NCBI RefSeq assembly: GCF_030028105.1
Contig: NC_092378.1
Coordinates: 35,148,715-35,212,714, forward strand
Length of the DNA stretch: 64,000 bases
Source: Mobula birostris
Lineage: Eukaryota
Direction: 5' to 3'
The stretch's first letter is position 1. Each line of letters starts with the position of its first letter. This document shows, piece by piece, positions 1 through 11,965 of this stretch. The notes below the pieces were generated by a model. That model was given only the letters and a program-made list of their open reading frames with translations, was not told the origin of the DNA and ran no database searches. Both the position numbers and the translations under genes were made by a program.

Positions 1-269
1 AGGTGGGTAGGAAAGATAAAGAGCTGGAGAGGAAAGAATCTGCAAAGAGTCAGAGGACAGCAGATATCACAGAAGGGGAGCAGTGAAAGAGGGTCTCACT
101 AAACTTCCTTCAAAGAGAAAATTTAAACTTCTTCAGGGGAGGCATCCCTCGAAGAGTCTTCACAGTGGAGCAGCAAATCAGTGTTTGGAGAACTGATTTG
201 CTATTTTGTATAGATGTCTGGCAAACTTGCTGGAAATTCTCTCTGTAAATGAGTCTATTTCCTCTTGTG

Positions 270-609
270 TAATGTTCTTTCTAAGTTGTGCGCGTGTGCA
301 TGTGCACACATCTACTAATGCACAAAGGAACTTAAACTGCGCACAAAAGGTTGTCACCCTCTACCTCATTGATGTGTTAAGAATATTTCACAATCTTACA
401 AAATTACTTTTCCTTTTCTGATTTCTGATGCAGACAGTGTTGACAACATGGAGTTTGTGATGATTTGTCTGTAGATTTTAGAACAGCCCGTTTAGACTGT
501 TGTTATTGAAGAAATTATTCCGTGTGCACATGTTGTTGTCACTGGGCAAAGAGTTGCACAGCACAAGATTTTTGCGCACACTGGTCATTACAAGTTAGAG
601 GAAACATTG
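270..609. mobile_element. Non-autonomous hAT DNA transposon (MITE-like)
   Basis: Degenerate 15-bp TIRs taatgttctttctaa (270-284) and ttagaggaaacattg (595-609); 8-bp TSD ctcttgtg (262-269) / gtcttgtg (610-617). Confidence 0.75.
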
Positions 610-2464
610 GTCTTGTGTTGATAACTTGGGTGGGAAATGCAGTGATAAAATTCTGTCAAGCTTAAGTGGGTTGAAAATCCCATTAAGACAATGTGAAATG
701 AAATGCTCAGAACATTAAGGCACAAGCAGCAGATGAGGCAATAAACTAAGGCTCAATCTACCTGGAAATGGGGTGTGGAAAAGTCAATGAATATGTTTGA
801 AAATTAGAATATGCTCCAGATATTTTATCAATACACGTTCAGAAATTATCACAGTAAGAGATTAACTAGTAAATCATAATTAATAGGTAGTTCAGATGAC
901 TTAGGCTTCTTTTATATATGTGTACATGTAATTGGTTATGAAAGGTATTGGATATCCTGCAGTCACTATAAGGTGTGATATACCAAAATTCTTTATTTCA
1001 GTCTTTTTTTTTTATGACTTTGTCTTTCCTGAACCTAATCCTATTGGTTGGAATACAGATCCTGTTCAGCAAAGTACATTGGTTATGAAAGTGTATACAT
1101 TAGTCAGCACCAAATCAGGATATGTTCATTTCTTCAGCCATGTTTTTCCCATTGGTTTCAAAGGCAATAACATGGACCTTTTGGCACCCTGCTGCAAAAA
1201 CATTTAGGGAATCACATCTCTTACTTATGATAGTGAAGTATCTGAGGCACTTATGGATAGATCAGGAGAGGTCAGGTAGGAAACGACCACCATTCCCTGT
1301 TATGTGCATATGTTTAGGTAATACTGGGGCTTGGGTGTGTAGTGGATGTTGGGGAGAAGTAATGAAGGAATTTGAAAAAGTTTTCTGAATGAGGAGAGTA
1401 GTAATTTGTTAAGCAATATGGTTGTTTCCTGTGATTTATTTGCATTATATTCCACATTTGATACCATGACTATTTAATTATGAGATGTAAATGGATATAG
1501 GGCTTGTGGAGAACAATGATCTATAGTTATGCAGCCATGTAAATGACATATTTGATTTCTGGAATGCAACTGCACAATTGTGGTTTGAGCATTCAACCCA
1601 TTACTATTCTTGAAGCCATACTGGAGCCGAGCATCAGTGAACTACACTTTATTATGTTCTTTGCAATACATTCTCAAATTGAATAACGCATACCTGACAT
1701 ACTTGGCATTCGTCGCCCAGGGGCAGATAACAATAAATGTGTACTTGTCTGCTTTTTTTATTTAGCTTGTTCTAGATTGTTGCAAGGATTGGCTGTCTCT
1801 ACTCTGTAAAGGTGTGGAGTTGAATGCACTTCAAACCATCTATATGTAGGACGTGGGGAAAGGAGCAGGTTATTCAGCCCTTCAAGTTTATGTAATTATT
1901 CATTTAGATTGTGGCTGGCCAGTACCTGTAATTTGCATTTATTCGAGGTCCTTTGTAAACCTGATTGAACAAAAGTCTACCTTCATTTTAAATTCAATTG
2001 AAGTGTATCCATTAGTATTTTAAGGAATGGATTTCAACACTTCCAATGCCATTTTGGGAGGAAAAGGATATATCCTGATGTTTCTCTAATCATGTAATCT
2101 TAAAATAGGCTCTGGATTTTTCCATCTACCAATTAACTTCTTAATGGTAAATACTTGATTAAGACCCAGTTGAAATACCAATCCATGTTGTCATGGGAGA
2201 AACCTTAAAGATTTTGTAAAGTTTCGATGAATAGACTTTAACTCTCTCTAAGGCCAATATAGCTTTTCCTAATACATGATTTCTTAAACCAGGCATTTAG
2301 ACACAATCTGTCCCAGGTTTTGTACAACTAAAGCTTCATATCTGCACTTTAGTACTCTAACCCCCTTGATGGGAAGGGAATATTCCTTTCTGTTTATTGA
2401 TTACATTTTAAACCTGGTGACTGGTTTACTGACTCAGTTATATGGATGAATAAATCGATTTGTA

Positions 2465-3390
2465 TCAGGTGTAATATCACTAACATCTTTTGTGGAATTT
2501 GTTGTTTTGCGGCAACAGTACATTGCAATATATAATAAAAACTATAAATTACAATAAGTACAGTATATAAAGAACATAAAATTTAATGAGAGGTGCAAAA
2601 AGAGAGAGAAGAATACTGAAGTAACGTTCATGGGTTCATTGTCCATTCAGAAATCTGATGGCAGCGGGGAAGAAGCTGTTCCTCAAACGTTGAGTGTGTG
2701 CCTTCAGGCTCCTCTACTACCTCCTTGACGGTAGCAATGAGAAGAGGTATCACCTTTTGAAGGTGTCCTGGGTACTGGAGAGGCTCGTGCCGCTGATGGA
2801 GCTGGCTGATTTTACAGCTTTCTGCAGTTTTTTTACGATCCTGTGCTCTCCATGGTGCATCTTTAGAAATTTGCCAGTGCCTTTGGTGATATACCAAGTG
2901 TCCTCAAATTCCAAATAAAATAAAGCCACTGTCATTGCATCAAAATGTTGGGCCCAGGATTGATCCTCAGAGACATTGACACCTAAGGATTTGAAACTGC
3001 TCATCCTTTCCACTGCTGATCCCTCGATGAATACTGGCATGTGTTCTCTCGACTTCCCCTTCCTGAAGTCCATAATCAATTCCTTGGTCTTACTGATGTT
3101 GAATGCAAGGTTGTTACTGCAATAGCACTCAGCCAGCTGACCTATTGCATTTCTGTACGCTTCCTTGTCACCGTCTGAAGTTCTGCCAACTATAGTTGTG
3201 TCTTTGGTAAATTTATAGATAGCATTTGAGCTGTTCTTTGCCACACAATAATGGGTGTAGAGAGAATAGAGCAGTGGGCTAAGCACGCATCCTTGAGGTG
3301 TTCCAGCGTTGATTATCAGCAAAGAGGAGATGTTATTTCCGTTCTCCACAGACTTTGTTCTCCTGGTGAGGAAGTCAAGGATCCAAGTTG
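2465..3390 (-). mobile_element. Rex1/Babar-type LINE, 5'-truncated and decayed
   Basis: ORF 2750..3349: [20 protein letters not shown]...YKFTKDTT...NISKTKELIMDFRK...SFKSLGV (RT domain, FADD motif degenerate). Confidence 0.85.
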
Positions 3391-3684
3391 CAGCTATGCT
3401 TATGATCTTGCATGCAGTGCCTCTTATAATGATTTCTGAATGTCATACAAATGCCATATGGATGACATCTGATTTTCATTTAAGTCTATTCAGTGTGTTA
3501 GTGGCCATCTCCAAATTTCACCTAAATTTATTAGATATGCCCTTCCCTTAAGTCCAAGCTTTACTGCGCTCATAATTGTCCTAGCATTTGGTTTCTCTAT
3601 CCTTGATAATTAATTGCAATGAACATCCTGTAGTCTAATGAGGTCGAGAAAATCTTGACTTGTGAACCTTCAGCTTTTGCCCCT

Positions 3685-3925
3685 TTTGTGCACTCTCACT
3701 GTGAGTACATGGGTTTCCTCTGAGTGCTCTGGTATCTTCACATTTTCCAAAGACCTGTGGTTAGGATTAGTGAATCGTGGGCATGCTACGTTGGTGCCAG
3801 AAGCACAATCATACTTACCGGCTGCCCTGAGCACAAACCTCGTTGATTTGATTTGACGCAGACCACACATTTCATTGCATGTCTAGATATATATGTGACA
3901 AATAAAGTTAATCTTTAAATCACCT
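3685..3925 (+). mobile_element. V-SINE fragment (V-domain plus LINE-derived tail)
   Basis: V-domain-like tgcactctcactgtg...tgggtttcctctgagtgctctggt...ccaaagac; tail gtgacaaataaagttaatcttt. Confidence 0.6.
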
Positions 3926-4635
3926 TTAATAAATAAAGAACAAAAAAATTTAGATAACAAATTTAATGTCTTTAGAAGTTTCTAGTTTGTGTACAGCTAA
4001 TGAAGAACTTTTTTGAAGTGTAGACATAGCCTTGAAGTATGAAATGCATGGACTTGTTTAAGAAATATCAAGATGGCTTATGATCTCTTGCAGCAAATAT
4101 TTTTAAAGTGAAACCTTTGGAATAACAAGAACTCATAGGATTGGCGGGGGAGGGGGTTCAAGATGTTGGTGAGAGTAGAGAGAAGGGAGAGAGGGGTAAT
4201 CCATCTTAATTGTGGATTCAGAGGGAAGGAAATTTTTGAAGTAAATGGACAAAGCAGTTTCAGAGAAGTCTTTTTGTATTTATGTTGATTTCTGTTTATA
4301 CACAAGGTCGTAAGACTTTTGGACATCAGATAATTTAATTTGTGCTGTATGTAACAGATCACTTTAGAAAAATACTTGCTTCACTGGAACTGCAGCTTTG
4401 TATTTTCCTACCTATGGAAGAAAAAGAATGAAGCAATTGAAAATAAATCTTTTACAAATTCTACAAATATGTCAGTACAAGAGGACTTTGGTGTGATCCT
4501 GGAATACTGTTTTTTCCTTGAAGCAGTGAAAGCTGAGTGGGGGATCTGATAATGGTTAACAGAATTATGAGTTCCACAGGGTTAATAGTAGGAAATTTTA
4601 CCCAATGGCACAGGTGTCTAGGATCAGAGGGCAAA

Positions 4636-5130
4636 AAGTTCAAAGGTTCATGTTATTATCAAAGTATGTCTGCAGAATACAACTCTGAGATTCATTTTCT
4701 CCCGATAGCCACAGAACAGAAAAACCATGGAGTCGTTGAAAGAAAATACATCAACGCCCCCACACAAAACAGAAAAAGAAATAGAAACTCGCAAACGACA
4801 GCTAGAACATCAAACACCAATTCTCCAACACCCTCTCTCGCAAAAAAAACTAACATATCACCCACAGGAAAAGAAACAGCAACAATAACATCAGATCCCA
4901 ACCTCCAACATGCCGATCGGCAACAAGAAAGAAAACACAGAAAACTGAAGGAGACCAATATGAACTTAAAGTCAACACCAGTGATCAGATAAATCTTAGG
5001 ATTTTGATAACATCCTCCCTCAGCAACGAGGAGAGTGACCGCTTAAACACAGGCGTTCTGTAGAGAGTGAGAACTTGACACAGCAGTGCAGCCTTCTGTA
5101 GATAGAGAGTGAGTGCCGAACACAGTGGCA
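4636..5130 (-). mobile_element. Unclassified retroposon nested in CR1
   Basis: Interrupts colinear CR1 sequence. The minus strand ends in ...ctttgataataacatgaacctttgaactt, a short-repeat tail typical of LINE 3' ends. Confidence 0.45.
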
Positions 5131-5268
5131 GAGGTTTAATGTGAAGAGTAAGAAGTTTAGACAAGATCTGAGGAAGACTTTTTTTTCACCCAATGAGTGG
5201 TTGCAATCTAGAATGCACTGCCAGAGGAAGTGGTGCAGGCAGGTACCAACACAATATTTATTATTTTA

Positions 5269-5780
5269 GGCTGATTTATACTTCTGTGTCAGCTCGACGC
5301 CGTAAGTACAGCATCACTGCGAACCCTACGCAGAGCCTATGCGGATCCCTACGCTGTAGCCTGTCGCACACCTCTCCCAAAATGTAACTGCGCGTCACAG
5401 CAACGCAGACCGTACAACTGTGATTGGTTCGCTTGGTAGCGTCGCATTTCATCCTACGCTGCAATAGCTTCCCATTGGGCAACTGAAGGGCAGGGAAGGA
5501 ACTCTGGCTGCAATGCTTTCCATAAAGCTTTACAGACCTCCGAAATTATGGAGGACACATTTCGCTTTTACGAAAAAAGACGCTTGCTTTAAACTTGTTT
5601 ACCCCGAGAATAACTACCATGATCATGAAGCCTTGCACGGGCAGGTGTGTGCGCGTGCGCGACGTGCCCGAATTGCAGAGCGATGCAGACACACCAACGT
5701 ACAAGTATAAATGCTCACAACGCACGTAGGCCACTTGCATAGATTACGGCGTCGAGTTGACGCACAAGTCTAAATCAGCC
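5269..5780. mobile_element. PIF/Harbinger-type MITE
   Basis: 37-bp TIRs starting GGCTGATTTA (33/37 identical); 3-bp TTA TSD at 5266-5268 and 5781-5783; CpG-rich. Confidence 0.88.
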
Positions 5781-5989
5781 TTAAGTGTCAAGGCATTGTA
5801 GGCTTTGACAGAATTGGACAAATTGGACAAATATAAAGAGTACATGGTGATAGGTGTGGAAATAGTGAGGCAAAGGGCGTATGGCTCTGACTCAAAAGAA
5901 ACATACCATGTATCATTTTTTTAGTATTATTTGTTGCAAATTTGGTACTGGAATTAAGATTGGAATTGCCATGGCAATCTCTAGGAGGT

Positions 5990-6138
5990 CACAAACACAA
6001 GAAAATCTGCAGATGCTGGAAATTCAAAGCAACACACAGTCCTGATGAAGGGTCTCGGCCCAAAATGTCAACTGTTAACTCTTTTCCATAAATGCTTCCT
6101 GGCCTGCTGAGTTTTTCCAGCATTTTGTGTGTGTTGCT
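5990..6138. mobile_element. Short Penelope-like end element with a decayed + strand hammerhead
   Basis: Family motifs tctgcagatgctggaaattc...cctgatgaagggtctcggccc...ccagcattttgtgtgtgttgc; ggaggt flanks both sides. Confidence 0.7.
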
Positions 6139-9100
6139 GTGGGAGGTAACACCTTATCCCCAGCAATAGTTCTATAACTAGAGTTATAAGTAAGAATTTG
6201 GGAGAAATGTCTTAAAGAAGGGTTAGATTGTGGAATTTACTAAAACAGAAATAATCTTTGTTTATAGTATTATATGAAGTAGGGCGGCAAGAGTCCCATG
6301 GTAAGTTTAATTACCAACAAGTCCTCTAAATTCTGTGGTAACTACTTTTGCTGTGACACCTCCCAAAGTGCAGATGATTGAACCGTCCATCCCTTTTATC
6401 ATTAGTTAGAAGAGGCTGATTATCTCAGTAGCTTTGAACAATTAATTGAAAATGCGCAAGTGGTAGTTAACTGAATTCATTGCTTGTGGTTGAGTGTGTA
6501 TCTGCAGGGAGTGGGGCAGGGGGTGGGAATGTAGGGGTGCCATGTCGCTCTATAGTACATCTGCAATGACTGGTTTGTTAAGCTTCTCACTTGGGGGCAC
6601 TACACCACCGACAGCTGCTGCCTTGTGAAAACAATGAGTGGCATGTTTATATTGACAAATTATTTACTGAGGTTTTGTTAGGGTGAAGAACCTTCCCCCG
6701 CCCCCAGCACTATCTTTGTTTGATAGTACATTGAATATACCCTCACAAGCAGCTACGTAGTGCACTAAAACTGGCCACCAGGCAGAACACATAATCATCA
6801 AAGGGTAAATACTTTGTTGTATTTTAGCTTAATTTTTTTGAAATACCCCATCTTTCTCCATATTAATACTCCTAAATATGACATTTTTGAGGGATTGGAG
6901 TACTGGTCATTGTACTGTGAAACTATTTAAATTACAAATGCGACCACATTTCAGTAATAATTCTTTGGTTGTCAACCACTTCAGGACATCCCAAGCTTAT
7001 GGAAGGTATAAATGTTAAATCTTTATTTATAAGATCACCTGTTGCTATTTTAAGGAAACTGTCACAAAACCATGTTCTTTTATATTGCTGCTAAAATAAA
7101 GGGTTTCCATTGTTTTAGTAAGAAAATACATGGTAAAAATGGAAGGAAGGTAAAAAGCTACAATATGTTTGTTCAGTCATATTTAGAAGACTAAAATAAT
7201 GTTCCTTCTACTAACAAACAACCACTGTTCTTTGCCTGTTCTTTCTGAGCATCGAGATCCTGAGGGCAGGTGAGATGAATTTGCTTTGCAGAAACATCAG
7301 AAATGAAAAGGGGTAAGCTGCTGAGAGCAGTGAAACCTAATTTAAACTGCAGAGAGAGATGGGGAGGATGCACTAACATTATAAAATGGACATTGGGCCA
7401 GCTTTTATCTGATGCAGAAGCTACAAGCTTCCGGGACCACAGAGATCACAAGCAATGGAAGATCCTTGAACAATGCACTGAAGAAGCTCTGTTCTAAAAC
7501 TGAAATGTTGGACTGTTAGTAAAGTTTCACCCACAGCTTTTAACAGCTGTCAGTGCTTTGGTGGTTTTTAAATGTTTCTTAATGACAAATATTTAAAAGC
7601 ATATTTCATTTATAGGTTTTAAAATTTGAATGTAAAAATGAATGAAAACCATAAATTACTAATTTATAAATTACTAAAAACAATAAATTATGCCAGGATA
7701 TCTTTGAAAAAAGGTACAGTATTTGCATTCCACTTCCCTGTGGCCCTTCAATCTACCATTGAAATCAGTTCCAACCTTTTGCATTGATCTGAGTGACTAC
7801 TTCCCCAGAATAAACGCTGAACTCTGTTTTAGGACCACATCCAATGAATGTGTAGTAAGTTCTGAGCTTCCTGGGCACATATACAGCTAGGGAAAGGCCA
7901 ATCAATTTCAGAAAGACTATAGTATAAAGCAAAGTAGAAACTAAATTAAAAAATATGAAACCTAATTGAAACTCAAAATATTTCTGTCATAAAAGTTAAG
8001 AAAGTGGAGGGATAGCATGTAAAAGCAAGCCAGCAAAACATGATTCTTTGACATGGATTCATTCCAGGCTGAAACTTTTTTCACTTTACCAGAGGTGAGG
8101 GTATTTAGGCTAAGTTATATCACCAATCTCTAACCTTATTCACAATTACTACAATACAGTGATTACAGTAACATATGGTGCCTAGTAATAAGAGTATCTA
8201 GTGACGGGAGAAGTCGTGATAAGGTGGAGAATGTTATGAAGTGCTATCTTTGATCCTGAAATATTATCTGTGAGCAATAGTTGAGCAAATTGGAAAGAAA
8301 TTCTGTTCCCCTTATTTTTGTTTCTGCACTTTGGAAATGCCTTTTTGAGGACTGGCATGCCACGCCTCTGATGCAGTTGAGGCTTTCATATTTCAAAAAA
8401 TGAATCCTTAGCTATTCTATCTCTGAGATTTTATTGGCTCCCGTGGATAACATGGAATCAGATTGGTAGAACAAAAACTTAAACTTGATCAGTAGTACTG
8501 AATTTGCATAGGTGATCTCATCCAAAGCTCAAGTCCATTGGTTTTATTGAATCTATTAGCATTGATGTTTTGAAGCTGCTGCTTTGGCCATAGCGGGAAA
8601 GGTTCAGTGGAATCCTCTCAATATCTCCAATGTGTTACCTTCAACAAAGAAAATGTTGTTTCTAACTGGGCTTGTGTGCGTACTGTTATTTACCATGTCA
8701 GGGACAAACTGGGATTGGTAAATATTACACAAATAAGACTGCAACAGAGGATTGTAAAAGTTGACCTCTAGGTCAGTGCAAGACCTCAAAAATGAGCATG
8801 CTTTTATGCACTGTATCTTTCACTTAGCAACCGTCAAAATGCAGAAGCAAAGCAATGAGGCTATATTGGTAAAAGAAACATCCTGTTTTCCCACACACAG
8901 AGAAGAATCTGTCACTGGAGAGGAAGATTGAAAAATTAATCATCCCAGTCATTCATGCTCATCTTTAGTAATCCAGCTGTAGAAAAACACTAGCCTCAGC
9001 TGAAGAATCAAAAGATACCCTGAAGATGAGTGAGCTAAATGTAAGGGGAACCATACCATAGTTGATCTTCATGTTAACATAATTAAGCCAAAAAATAATT

Positions 9101-9211
9101 GCATGGATCTTCAAGTGCTACGCTCAACATTGAAAATGTGTGCTTCAAGATAAAAAGTGCATACAGAATGAAACTGGCGAATGTTCAGTTGGAGGATTTG
9201 ACAAAAGCACA

Positions 9212-9438
9212 TAAAATGCTGGAGATACTCAGCACATCAGGCAGTATCTGTGGAGGGAAATGAACAGTCGATGTTTTGGGCCGAGATCCTAACCATATAT
9301 TCTGGGTTTTGATGAAGAGTCTCAGCCTAAAACATTAACTATTCATTTCCTTCCATAGATGTTGTCTGACCTGCTAAGTTCTTCCAGCTTTTTGTGTGTT
9401 GTTCCAGAATTCCAGCATCTGCAGTCTGCCTTGTTTTC
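9212..9438. mobile_element. Palindromic Penelope-like end element, older subfamily
   Basis: Inverted arms aaaatgctggag...tgaacagtcga / attcatttcc...ccagctttt; 11-bp TSD acaaaagcaca at 9201-9211 and 9439-9449. Confidence 0.75.
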
Positions 9439-10074
9439 ACAAAAGCACAAGTGCTTTTTAATCAAATGGAAGGGTGGTCATCAGGAAGTGGAATGAGATG
9501 GCCCTTAGAGGCTTTCATGCTAAATACCCACACGAGACCTAATGGGTAGCCTGAGTATAGATAGAGAATGGTCACCTCAGGAATAAACCAGATATTACCA
9601 TCCACCGTATGTGTTGATAGGCATTTACAAAGATTAGCAAAGGTGGCTACATAAAGGTTGTCAAAACTGAAATTGCGGATTTCAATGGGCTCAATGAGTT
9701 GATATATTTTTGAAAAGAGATCTTGAAATGGGAGGTGTCAGTCTAGGCAAGGTGAAACGTAGAACAGAGAGCTGGAGGTTAATCTTTTGATCTTAAGATA
9801 GAGTTGGAAGAAATACATAATTACTCTAAATATAATGTGTTGCAAAACCTTAGCAATATAATTTAAATGTTTTGAACTTAGTTGTTGTATCTGTTCCTGG
9901 AAACTAGTCCTCATAATGACCGTTTTAAAATTGCCTGATGTTCTTCGCACTAGTTATAATTAAGTTTATTATATTTTATGTGTCATCAGTGTTTAACCTC
10001 CCTTATCAAAAATGGTGCATATTGTGCATTCTTAATGCTTGCCAACAAACTATAAAATTTTAGCTTGTGATATG

Positions 10075-10610
10075 CACTCAGTGGCCACTTTATTAGGTAC
10101 ATCTGTACACCTGCTCATTAACGCAAATATCTAATCAGCTAATCATGTAGCAGCAACTCAATGCATAAAAGCATGCAGACATGGTCAAGAGTTGTTGTTC
10201 AGAACAAGCATCAGAATGGGGAAGAAATGTGATCTTAGTGACTTTGACTGTGGAATGATTGCTGGTGCCAAATGGGGTGGTTTGAGTGTCTCAGAAACTG
10301 TGATCTGTTGGAGTTTTCACGCTCAACCATCTCTAGTGTTTTTAGAGAATGGTATAAAAAACATCCAGTGAGTAGCAGTTCTGTGGGTGAAAATGCCTTG
10401 TTAAGGAGAGAGGCCAGAGGAAAATGGCCAGACTGGTTCAAGCTGTCAGGAAGGTGACATAAACCATCATTACACAGTGATGTGCAGAATAGCATCTCTG
10501 AACGCAGAACACATCAAATGGGTGGGCTGTAGAAACAGAAGAATGCAAACATATACTCAGTGGCCACTTTATTAATTATCTCTTGTATCTAATAAAGTGG
10601 CCACTGAGTG
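10075..10610 (+). mobile_element. Internally deleted Tc1/mariner element
   Basis: TIRs cactcagtggccactttattag / ctaataaagtggccactgagtg; TG/TA flanks; decayed transposase N-terminal HTH (MGKKCDLSDFDCGMIAGA...RSTISSVFREW). Confidence 0.85.
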
Positions 10611-11780
10611 TATTTTGTGAAATCAGTCTGGCTCATTATGTAATACAGTTGTCCTGTAGCTCATGGTAAAAGGATTTTGGAGTGACACAATTTGAGCAAT
10701 GCAACTCCTCCATATATATTAGTTGTTACTTTGTCTTGAGATTGTTAACTACATAGACATTTTATTTGGCTGTTTTCCATGTCCTTCATGAAAATTCTGA
10801 GTTCACAGGTACTTGGAGAGCACTGCTCATATCTCAACTTCACTTAGGAACAGTGTGGGGATTATCTTAATCTAGGGTTCTATCATCAAACCATATTGAA
10901 TCTTTGTATTATGGGTTTCATGAAAGTGTAATGTATTATGAGGTTCATAAATTATTCCAGTACTCTGTGCTGTCTTTATTCCAATGACGTTATAGGTATT
11001 CCTTGGCCCAAAAAAATGACAATTTTCCTGTATCTGCAGTATTTTTGAATTTTTATTCAGAATCTAAATCAAGACTATTATCACTGACATATGTTTGTAA
11101 CGACACAAAAACAAGATTAATGATTCCTGTCGAAAACGCATGGGCAGATATGGAACTAAGCTAAAGCAAAAGCTCAGCATCTCCAGAAGTATCCTATTGA
11201 CCATCATGAGGCTTGAACTGTTCTGGAGGAGGTTGTTAATACATCCTTAGCTTAAAAAAATGAGAGTGCTCCTCTATTGCATTTTAGTGGCTTTGATCAA
11301 CTAAAGCTCCAGCCTGCCACTGACTGGGTTGCTAGAAGTGGAACAGGAGGTGCTCCATGGACAGCTTCCCCAATCTGCTGAACTCTGAGTTCAGCTGGTC
11401 AAAGGACCTTTCGCTTGAACCTTCTGTCTATACTATTGCCACCATTCTTGATGACAGTAACCATCTGGCTTCAACTAACCACTACCAACAATCGGCAATG
11501 TATATCATCTGACAGAGTCAGAACTGGAGTGCTATACCAGGAACTATCAACAGAAAGTCCTATGTTTCAATGGTTCAGTTATGATTTAAATAACAGTTAA
11601 TTTTAACAATTGACTTTGGTGATCCCTGATGCCTTGGATGCTTGACCATCTCTACTCATGCTCCTGAGAGTTGAGCTTCTACTGGTTAGATGGAAGAAAG
11701 CTGCGACTTTATTGAAGGTAGTTTACATGGCCATGATGTACCATCTCAAGCAACTCCGGGTTTTGAGGTTGCAGTCTGAG

Positions 11781-11965
11781 GTAATGTGGTCCAGGTTACA
11801 ATATGGCACTAGCTGATGTAATGTGGTCCAGGTTACAATGTGGCACTAGCTGATGTAATGTGGTCCAGGTTACAATATGGCACTAGCTGATGTAATGTGG
11901 TCCAGGTTACAATGTGGCACTAGCTGATGTAATGTGGTCCAGGTTACAATGTGGCACTAGCTGAT
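11781..11965. repeat. Minisatellite, 5 x 37 bp
   Basis: Unit gtaatgtggtccaggttacaatRtggcactagctgat; copies start at 11781, 11818, 11855, 11892 and 11929. Confidence 0.95.

Larger units (their letters stand above)
4500..5900 (+). mobile_element. Old CR1 3'-end fragment interrupted by two younger insertions
   Basis: CR1 C-terminal-like sequence at 4500-4635 resumes at about 5131 (gtttaatgtg...ttttttcaccca...tgcactgccagaggaagtggtg) and again after 5783. Confidence 0.55.

Noticed and set aside
932-1388. ORF segment GFKGNNMDLLAPCCKN as the upstream ATXN10 exon (human GFKSHLIRLIGNLCYKN)
   Set aside because: Similarity is weak, spacing differs, an in-frame stop follows and there is no phase-0 donor; the real exon probably lies upstream of the window.
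4537-4992. 151-aa ORF and the other short ORFs in the track
   Set aside because: They are low-complexity or antisense readings of repeats, or chance ORFs; some span N gaps; none shows recognisable host-protein similarity.
11781-11965. CRISPR-like 37-bp repeats
   Set aside because: Units are head-to-tail with no spacers, the context is vertebrate, and there are no cas genes.
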